NCBI GenBank assembly: GCA_002071485.1
Contig: MWFF01000132.1
Coordinates: 21,911 to 85,910 of the forward strand
Direction: 5' to 3'
DNA length: 64,000 bases
DNA from: Verrucomicrobia bacterium ADurb.Bin006
GTDB lineage: Bacteria; Verrucomicrobiota; Verrucomicrobiia; Limisphaerales; J093
Part shown: positions 36,244-45,800 of the stretch, piece by piece
Layout: every line of letters starts with the position of its first letter
Numbering within the stretch: the stretch's first letter is position 1
The notes under the pieces: model-generated
Databases searched by the model: none
Seen by the model: only the letters and a program-made list of their open reading frames with translations
Told to the model about the DNA's origin: nothing
Translations under genes and position numbers: made by a program

Positions 36244-39200
36244 TCAGATCTCCAGATCCGCCCGCACGGTGGTCAAACCCCAGGCCGGGACGGTGACGCG
36301 GCCTTCGAGCTTGCGCAAAGGTCCTTCGCTGGCGTCGCTATGCCAGAGCTGCCGTGCAGAGAATCCGTTCCATCCGATCTCGGTCTGCGCCTCGCGTCCG
36401 GCGGCGCCCCAGAACCGAAAGATGAGCGCTTGGCCGTCATCGCTCGGCTTGACACCGGTCACCAGCATGTCCGGCGAACTCAGTTGGAATCGCGGCGCGC
36501 CGATGGGTTTAGACCCGCGCGCCACAGTCGGGAGCAACGGCTGGCTCGCGGCGATCGCGAGCCTCGACGCAGCCAACGGATCGTAACCGCAGTGCGGGCG
36601 GAGGACGAACCGGAACACGTGCGGCCCGTCCTGGCAGGCCCGATAGTTCGTCCCCCAATGGTTGTTCATGGCCCACGAGTAGAGTTTCTGAGTCGGACCG
36701 ACCTTCTTCCGCCACACCTCGGGGTTGGCCTGCGAGTTAAGCAGGTTCGCCGACAGTTCGCCGACCTGCACCAGCGGCGCATCGAGCGTGATCCAGGTGA
36801 CGCCGAACCGATCGTTCGCCACGTCCGCCCAACGGTTCACGCTGAACCAGTTCTTGCAGGCGCTTGGAATCTGATCGAGATCGGGGCGGATGACGCCATA
36901 AGACACCTCGAGGCGCATCTGGCCATCGGGCACTGCAAAGGGGAAGCCGAAATTAAGACTCTCCTTGCCCTCAGCCGCGTGGTAGCTCGATGCGAGGAGA
37001 CGGCTCTTGTCCAGCGTGTTGACAATCTCGACGGCGTCTCTGCCGGCAACGAGCCGGATTTCGCGTTCGAGGCGATGGCAACCCGGCGCATCGGACGCGA
37101 TCAGGAGCGATGCGACAAGCGGACCCGTCTCGCGCTCGCGGATCGTGACCGGCCCGTTGCGCCTGGCATTGGACGGCTTGTCCCCGTTGAAATAGAGATA
37201 CTCGTTGAGCGCCTGCCCATCGGCGGCGTCGGCAAGATTGGCATCGAGACCCGCCAGACGCAGCTCGACGATCCCGCCGGTCCGCTCGTCCACACACAGG
37301 CTGACGATCCCGTTCTCCAGCGTTGCGCCTCGCGCAGTGACCTTTCCATCGACGTGCGGGGCGCCTGAGGCGAGCCTGTAACGCCGCGCCGCAAACGGTG
37401 GCACGTCTCGGGCGAGAAGGACCAGTTCGCCGCTGCGCAACCGCTGCGACGCCACGGGCTGGTCCGAGTCGTCCGTGACGCGGTCTTTGCCCTCCGAAAG
37501 GAACTTGGGCACCACGACCAGTTCCGTGCGCGGCCATGATGTGGTATTGAAGATGTCCACAGCCGCGTTTTGGGCCGGACCGTCGGATTGGGCGAGGGCA
37601 CGGCTAAGGAGGTCGCGCGACTGGAGATCGGCGGCGACGGCATAGGATTGCTTGACGGCCCATTGCTCGCGGGTCTCGCGGCGGAAGGGTTCGCTGACGC
37701 TGCACCAGGCGCCCCATGTGTGTTCGGAGTAGAGCAACACGTTGCGCCAGGCATCCTCGAACGCGTCAACCGGATACGTCCGCGGATTGAGCATCGCCCA
37801 GAGCGCCTCGGCCTGGATCACACGGTCCGAACTCGCCCGATTCATCGCCGTCTCGAGTGCCGACGACCCGGCGCCATCCTCCCAGTAGGGCGTCCAGTCG
37901 CCGGCCACCTGCTCGAGCTCCGCCCCGTGCCGCTCCTCGAAGGCGCGGAAGGCCGTGCCGGTCGAGCTGATGATGAATTGGGGCGAAGCATGCGTCTGGT
38001 TCCAATCCTTGATGAACTCGCAGATCGCAGGGTCGGGCGTGGCGTTGTCCCCCACGCCGCTCCACCGCACGTAGGCGATCTCATAGGGATACGCCCGCTG
38101 CGCCAGGCCATTGCAGAAATCCTCGACCAGGCGCGGCGACATCGCGTGGTACCGGTGGGACATCGCGTAACCCCAGAACGGAATCCAGACCAGCACCTTG
38201 CTCCGCCCGTCCGGCCCGACCCAGTAAAACGGCTTGTTCTCCCACTGCACCAGGATGTCCCCGATGCGATCGAAATAGTTCGGCGCCACGCTGAAATACC
38301 GGATGCCGGCTTCGGTCATTGCGCTCACGGTCCCCCACGAATAGCCCGGCACGTCGCTGATCATCGCCGCGTCCACGGGCACGCCCGTCTCGGTCCCCAG
38401 GCGCGTCGCCATGCGAAAGAGCCGGATCAACTCCTCCGGTCGGCAAAGACCGGTGAGTTCGTTCAGATACAGGCCGTTGAGAGCGACCCGCCCAGCCCGC
38501 ACGGCCTCGATGAATTCCTTGCGCTGGGTCTCGCCAAGCCGCCGCAGGTACAGGTCCGCCGCCCACAGCACTTCGACATTCCACACAAAACGCGCCCCCG
38601 GCGGATAGCTCGCCGTCTGGCGGGCGATCTCCATGCCGCGAACCAGGTTCTGCACCTGCTTGTCCTCGATCTCGGTCTGGATCTCCGTGTAGCCAATGTC
38701 GGTGTGCGAATGCGGCAGCACATAAACCGTCAACGGGCGCACAGGCGCCCGACGCAACTCGGTCTGGACCACGGTCTGACCCGCCACTTCGAGAACCAGG
38801 GGCGCCGTCTCCGCGCTCGCCACAGCCGGCACACGCCACTCGATGGTCTGTCGCCCGGGTTGCAGACGCAGGGCATTCGGCTGCTCCGCGCCGAGCCGCA
38901 CCACGGCGTCCGCAGCCTCCGCATACGGGTGATCTAACGTGACGCGCAACGTCTGGACCAGGCCGAGGCTGGTCTTCTCGACAATCGGGACCTGTTTGAC
39001 CTCGACCGTATCCCTGGCTGCCGCCTCCTCGACCGGTCCGCTCGAGTAGAACGCAATCTCGGCACCGCCAACCGTGCCGAAGCCCTGAGGCCCCAGCCTT
39101 GTCACGCTCCATTTCACCCGCCGCGCCGTCACGGGCGCCGGCAGAGTGAAAAACGTCTCGCCGCCGCGCACCCCGCTGTGCTTGACCGGCACGGTCGCCA

Positions 39201-39552
39201 CCGTCGTGCCATCGGCATCGGCAAAGACAAGTTCGGATGCGACGATCGTGGCAGGATCGTTGCGATCGACGTGTCGAAAGGCGCCGATGGTCGAAGGCGC
39301 GTCGAACTCGAACTCGACAAAGGTCCCCGTGCCTTTGTTGTCGGACGAGTACTCGGTCTTGAGAACTCGATCAACGAGGTTGCCGACCTCGAAGGCCCCG
39401 CCGGGATAAGCCGTCGAACTCGCCGTGATGCGAGCGGTTTGGATTGGAGTCAGCGGCGTAAACGCGGCGTTACCGCTCACGGCCCCGAGAACGCCGGCAA
39501 GAACCAGCCGCAAACCGCTGAACCACTGAATACGGACGTCTGACTTGCGCAT
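36244..39552 (-). CDS. GH38-family alpha-mannosidase with N-terminal discoidin/CBM32-like domain
   Basis: VYVLPHSHTDIGYTE (GH38 HSHxD block). The N-terminal segment TASSTAYPGGAFEVGNLVDRVLKTEYSS looks like F5/8 type C. Signal peptide LRLVLAGVLGAVSG. The start could be 39552 or 39561 (the ORF opens at 39669). Confidence 0.75.
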   Translation of the reverse strand: MRKSDVRIQWFSGLRLVLAGVLGAVSGNAAFTPLTPIQTARITASSTAYPGGAFEVGNLVDRVLKTEYSSDNKGTGTFVEFEFDAPSTIGAFRHVDRNDPATIVASELVFADADGTTVATVPVKHSGVRGGETFFTLPAPVTARRVKWSVTRLGPQGFGTVGGAEIAFYSSGPVEEAAARDTVEVKQVPIVEKTSLGLVQTLRVTLDHPYAEAADAVVRLGAEQPNALRLQPGRQTIEWRVPAVASAETAPLVLEVAGQTVVQTELRRAPVRPLTVYVLPHSHTDIGYTEIQTEIEDKQVQNLVRGMEIARQTASYPPGARFVWNVEVLWAADLYLRRLGETQRKEFIEAVRAGRVALNGLYLNELTGLCRPEELIRLFRMATRLGTETGVPVDAAMISDVPGYSWGTVSAMTEAGIRYFSVAPNYFDRIGDILVQWENKPFYWVGPDGRSKVLVWIPFWGYAMSHRYHAMSPRLVEDFCNGLAQRAYPYEIAYVRWSGVGDNATPDPAICEFIKDWNQTHASPQFIISSTGTAFRAFEERHGAELEQVAGDWTPYWEDGAGSSALETAMNRASSDRVIQAEALWAMLNPRTYPVDAFEDAWRNVLLYSEHTWGAWCSVSEPFRRETREQWAVKQSYAVAADLQSRDLLSRALAQSDGPAQNAAVDIFNTTSWPRTELVVVPKFLSEGKDRVTDDSDQPVASQRLRSGELVLLARDVPPFAARRYRLASGAPHVDGKVTARGATLENGIVSLCVDERTGGIVELRLAGLDANLADAADGQALNEYLYFNGDKPSNARRNGPVTIRERETGPLVASLLIASDAPGCHRLEREIRLVAGRDAVEIVNTLDKSRLLASSYHAAEGKESLNFGFPFAVPDGQMRLEVSYGVIRPDLDQIPSACKNWFSVNRWADVANDRFGVTWITLDAPLVQVGELSANLLNSQANPEVWRKKVGPTQKLYSWAMNNHWGTNYRACQDGPHVFRFVLRPHCGYDPLAASRLAIAASQPLLPTVARGSKPIGAPRFQLSSPDMLVTGVKPSDDGQALIFRFWGAAGREAQTEIGWNGFSARQLWHSDASEGPLRKLEGRVTVPAWGLTTVRADLEI

Positions 39553-39886
39553 GGGCGCCATTCTTGCCCAGGCGCCCCGCGGCGTCGAGCCGTTTGCACC
39601 GACATCCGCATTGCCCCCCGGATCGGCTAACGCCTGAACCGCTCCGGTTGGGTCATGGACCCACCACAATGAAACGGCCAGTCAGAATCCAATGCTTCAA
39701 GAGTGCCCGCCGCGATTCACGAGACAGGATTATGCCTTGCGCCACCACGGCGGCTACCTGGGGCGTCGGGCGCGCGACTAGCTTTCGCGTTGAAACGATT
39801 CTTCCCCACAGGCATGCTCCCATCACGCGGACACAGTCTGCACCAGCTTGACCCATGCCTGGCAGCGGGCTGAATGGGGTGAAAGC

Positions 39887-42800
39887 ATGAGATACACACC
39901 TAACGCCAAATGCCCTCAGCATGGCCTTCTCGAATCAGGAAAGGCCCAAGGTGAAGACGAAAACGCAAGCCATTCTCGAAGCCAGCCGCGCCTCCAACAT
40001 CATCCTCCCGCAGTCGTGACGCGAATCAAACCGCCATGCCCCGGACCCGCCATCGCCATCGCCCTTGCCCTGTTCTGCGTCACGACACTTCGCGCGCAGA
40101 CCGCAGGCGGCCTGCCTGCTCCCCTCACACCAGCGGACGGGGCTGCATCGGCGTCGGCCCAAGCCGCCCCCGACCCCGCCACAACGCGCTCCCGGCAGCT
40201 TTCTCCCTCGAACCGGGGCACGGGTCTAATCATCTCGGAGATCATGTATCACCCCCGGGAAAACGGCGGCACTGAGGTTCTGGAATACATCGAAATCTTC
40301 AACACGGAACCGGTGTCCGAGATCATCGGCGGCTGTCGACTTGGCGGCGACATCGAGTTCACGTTCCCGCCTCGCATGGCGCTCCCCGGACGCAGTTTTG
40401 TCGTCGTCGCGCGCGATCCGGAGTCGCTGCGGCGGGCGACCGGGATCACCAACGCGATCGGTCCCTTCGCGGGAAGCCTGCCCAACGACGCCGGACAAGT
40501 GCGGCTTTACAACCGCGCAGGCGCCCTGTTGCTCGAGGTCAAGTATGAGGATCAGATGCCGTGGCCGATCGCGGCTGACGGCGCCGGGCATTCCCTCGTG
40601 CTGGCCCGGCCGGACTACGGCGAGAATTCCGTCTACGCCTGGTCCGCCAGCGCCGAGATTGGAGGTTCGCCGGGCCGGGCCGACCCCGAGGTCGAGGATC
40701 CGCTCGACGCGGTGGTGATCAATGAGTTCCTCGCAAACAGCGACCTCCCCGAGGTTGACTTCATCGAACTCTTCAACCGCGGCACTCAGACCGTCGACCT
40801 GTCCGGATGCATCCTCAGCGACCGGCCTGATATCAACAAGTTCATCATCCCCGCCGGAACTCTGCTCCCGCCCGGTCGATCGGCGCTCTTCTCCGAAGCG
40901 GGCCTCGGCTTTGGTCTCAGCAGCCACGGGGAGTCGATCTTCTTCGTGCGCGCCGACGCCACCCGGGTGATCGACGCAGTGCGATTCGGCGCGCAATCCC
41001 CAGGCGTCTCCTATGGACGCTCCCCTGACGGAGCGCCGGCCATCCGCGAACTCTCGCGTCCGACGCCCGGCGCCCCCAACAGCGCTCCGGCCCTCCACGA
41101 CATCGTCATCCACGAGATCATGTATCATCCGATCTCAGGTCTCATCGAGGACGAATACGTCGAACTGCACAATCGGGGCAGCAATGCGGTGGACGTTGGC
41201 TACTGGCGGTTTGTGGACGGCATTAGCTTCATGATCCCGCCCGACACCCGTATCGAGCCCGGCGGCTACCTGGTTGTGGCGCGCGACCGCGCCCGGCTCC
41301 TCGGCAAATACCCGCAACTCAACTCGGCCAACACGCTGGGAGACTACGAGGGCGAACTCTCGGACCGCGGCGAACGGCTGGCCCTGGCGAAACCGCTCGA
41401 TCCGTTGCGGCCGTTCCAGGACTTCGTGGTGGTTGATGAGGTCACGTACAGTGACGGCTGGGGACAGTGGACCGACGGAGGCGGAAGCAGTCTGGAACTG
41501 ATCGATGCGCATGCCGACAACACCCTGGGCGCGAACTGGATGGGCAGCGACGAGACGGCCAAGAGTTCCTGGACCGATATCGAACACACGGGTGTGATTG
41601 ACAACCAGGCCGGGAGCATGGACGAACTTCAAGTCTTTTGTCAGCAGGGCGGCGAGTGCCTCCTCGACAACATCGAATTGACAAAAGCCGGCGAGACCGT
41701 CAACCGCGTCAAGAATCCCGGCTTCGAAACCAGCCTCAGCGGATGGGAAGCGCTCGGCACACACGAGCGGTCCGGGATTGAAGCCGGCGAGGGCTATCAG
41801 AGCAACCGCAGCCTGCACGTGCGCGCAACCAGCCAGGGCCGTTACACCATCTCCGTTTACCGGATCACTTACGACCGCCTCTCGACACCAATCGCCGCAC
41901 CCCGCGCCGGAGAGACGTTCACCATCCGCGCCAAAGGCCGCTGGATCGCCGGTTGGCCCTACATCATCATCGGAGTCAAGGGCCACGCCCTCGAGGCCGT
42001 GGGCGCCCTCGAGGTGCCCGACAACCTCGGCACCCCCGGCCTGCCCAACAGCCGACGCGTGGCCAATGCCGGTCCGGCCATCTGGGACGTTCAGCACGCG
42101 CCCGTGCTGCCCGCAGCCGCTCAACCTGTGACTGTGTCCGCCCGGGTCCATGATCCCGATGGCGTGGCGTCGGTAGTCCTCAAGTGGCGCAACGACACCG
42201 CCGCTGGTTCGTTCACCACCACGCCAATGACCGATCCGGACGGCGACGGCGTCTACCGTGCGACCTTCCCCGGCCTGCTCACGGGACAGATCGCAACCTT
42301 CTCGATCGAGGCCGCCGATGCCGCGATGCCCCCCGCTACCAGCCGGTTCCCGGGACCGGCGCCGACGGGAATGCCGGCCCTCGAGTGTCTGGTGCGGTTC
42401 GGCGACACACTCCCGCCCGGGGTGTTCGGCGCATACAGGGTCTGGGTGTCGTCCGGCAACGTCGCGCGGTGGCAGGCCCGCCCGACTCGCAGCAACGAGC
42501 CTGTCGACGCCACCTTCACCTATGACAATTATCGCACGGTCTATAACGCCGCCGTCCGCTACCGCGGCAATTGGCGTGAGGGCGGGTTCGAGGACTACAG
42601 CCGCGCCGCCTACATGATCGACTTTCCAAAGACCGAGCGCGTCCTCGGGGACACGCAGATCGCCCTGGATTTCATCAGCCTCAACTATGACAACGGCACC
42701 AAACAACAGGAGAAACACGCCTACTGGATCGCGCGGCAGGTCGATCTCGCCTCGATCGCCATGCGCTATGTGCACGTCAGCGTCAACGGTTCCGCCCTGT

Positions 42801-45800
42801 TCCGCTACGACTCCTTCTCGCCTTCGAGGTCGCTCTGCAGCCGCTGGTACGGCGACGACGATCCGCACGTGTACGAACAGCTCTATCCGCACGAGCCCTT
42901 CGCCAATTACACCACGACCGGCGGCGTCAAGAAGCAAGCCAAATACCGCTACTGCATGCGCAAGAAGGTCACCACCGTGCCCGACGACGATTTCTCGCCT
43001 CTCTATCGGGTGGTCGACGCCCTCAGAGCCCCAACCGACGACCTCTACGTCGCCCGCGTGTCCGCCCTGGCCGATATCCGGAGTTGGGCGGGGTACTGGG
43101 TGATCAACCGGATGTGCGGCAACGGCGACCACTACAACTCGTCCGGTTACCCGCACAACATGTACACGTACATCCCTCCCTACGGACGCTCCAGACTCCA
43201 CGTCAACGACACCGACGGCGCCTTCCAAACCGTCTACTCGATCTTCCCCGACTCCGGCTTCCTGCCCGGGATCATGTTCGCCAAACCCGAGTTCCGCCGC
43301 GTCTACTGGCGTCTGGCCTGCGACGTGGCGCGGGGCCCCATGGACCCGGCCATCAGCACCACACGCCTCAACGACTGGTACCAGGTCTTCCGCGACAATC
43401 GAATCGCCGCCGACTCACCCAACAAGATGAGCAACTGGATCACTGCCCGCAGAAGCAGCTACCTCCAATCGTTGGCCCCCATGACAAACCTCGCCTTCAA
43501 GGTTTCCACCCCGAACATCACGACAAACACAACACCCATCACCGTCATCGGCGAGGCGCCGATCGCCGTCACCGCCATCGAAGTCAACGGCCTCCCCCAC
43601 GCCGTCAAATGGATCGGCGAAACCGTCTGGCAAATCCGCGTCGCTCTCAGCCCCGGCGCCAACGCCCTTGCCTTCCGCGCCCTGGATGAACATGGTGGCA
43701 TCGTCGGAAACGCCGCCCGCACGGTCACCTACACCGGAGCGCCCGTGTCACTCGAAGGTAAGCTCCTCATCAGCGAAATCATGTACCACCCCGCGGCCCC
43801 CGCCTCGAGCTTCGTCGAAATCCTCAACCTCTCCCCCACGGAAACCCTTCCCCTGGGCGGGCTGCGCGTGGACGGAATCGATGCCACCATCGGACACGGA
43901 CGCTTCATCGCGCCGGGCGAGTATGCGGTTGTGGCCAGGAGCCTGCCGGGCTATCAATCGAGCTACGGCAATGCTGAGGTCGTCGTCGCGGAATTCAATG
44001 GCGCACTCGACAATGGCGGAGAGACGCTCACCCTGCAATGGACTGATGGCACAAACACAATCGTTCTCGACCAGGTCACCTACGGCGGCCATCCGCCCTG
44101 GCCCGCCGCCGCCGACGGCGCCGGCGCATCGCTGCAGTTGATCGACGTGTTCCGTGACAACGACCGCATCGGCAATTGGACCGCCATCCAACCCGGCGGC
44201 ACGCTGCCCCTGGCAACGCCAGGCCAGTCAAACAACGTCACCGCGCGCCTCCCCGAATTCCCCCTGCTCTGGATCAATGAAGTCATGCCGTCCAACACCA
44301 GCGCGCTGGCGGACAACGCCGGCGAATTCGACCCCTGGATCGAACTGTTCAACGCCGGCACGAATGCGATCGCTCTCACAGGCTGCCACCTCAGCAACGA
44401 TCCCTCGAATCTGCGCCAATGGGCCTTCCCCGACGGATCGAAGATCGGCCCGGGTGAACGTCTGCTGGTCTGGGCCGACGCGCAGCCCCAGCAGACCGAT
44501 GGCTCCCATCTGCATGCCACCTTCCACCTAGAGAGCGGCAGCGGCACCGTGGTTCTGGCCTGGCATTACCTGGGCCGTACCATCGTCCTCGATGCCATCT
44601 CCTACGCCGATGTCCCCGCCGACTGCTCGTACGGATCCTATCCGGACGGCGCCCCGCACGCCCGCCGGCTTTTCCACAATCCCACGCCGGCATTGCCCAA
44701 CAGCCCCGCCTGGCCGCCGCTGCTTGTCACCATCAACGAGTGGATGGCCGCCAACACTCGGACGATCGCCGATCCTGCCGATGGCGATTTCGACGATTGG
44801 TTCGAACTCCACAACGCCGGTCCCTACCCGGCGTACCTCGGCACGTACACATTGACCGACAACCTCGATATCCCAACGAAGTTCTCGATCCCCGCCGGCA
44901 CCGTCATCCCGCCCGGCGGCTTCCTGCTGCTCTGGGCGGACGAGGAGACCAACCAGAACGCTCCAGGCCAGGACCTGCACGTCAACTTCAAGCTCGCCCA
45001 GGGCGGCGAACAGATCGGCCTGTTCGATCCGGACGGCGTCCCTGTCGACACGGTCTCCTTCGGTCCACAGTCCGATGACGTCAGCTTCGGGCGATTCCCC
45101 GATGGCGCCGATTTGCCCGCATACGAAATGGTCGAACCTACTCCCCGCACCCCGAACAGCCTGGCCGGCGCCAACCGCCCCCCCGTCTTCGATCCGCTGC
45201 CCGATCAGACTGTCGCCGAAGGCAGCCCGCTGGTCTTCACCGTCAGAGCCACTGATCCCGATGCCGGCGATACGGTGCGGTACAGCCTCGGCCTGGGCGC
45301 TCCGCCCGAGGCCGAGTTGAACGAACAGACCGGCGAGTTCCGCTGGGTCCCCGGGGAAGCCGATGGCCCGAGCCGCCTGCGCTTCCTCGTTCACGCCGCG
45401 GACAACGGAACACCGGTCCGAATCGGGAATCTGTGGGTCGACGTGAACGTCACGGAAGTGAACGAACCGCCTCGGATCAGTCCCATCGCGGACCAAATCG
45501 TGGATGAAGGGGCTTTGCTCGCCCTCGAGTTCACCGCCAGTGATCCCGATCTGCCTCCCAATCGCCTCATCTTCACTCTCGCCCCCGGCGCGCCCGAAGA
45601 TGCCATCCTCACAAAGGACGGCGCCTTTACATGGATTCCCGACGAATCGCGAGGCGACACCACCGTAACCATCACCGTGCGCGTCTCCGACCAGGGCTCG
45701 CCCGAGTACACCGACACCACCAGCTTCAACGTCCTGGTTCGTGAGGTGCCCAATCCGCCCGTCATGCCGTCCCTTCCACCGCTGTTTGTCGCCGAAAACA

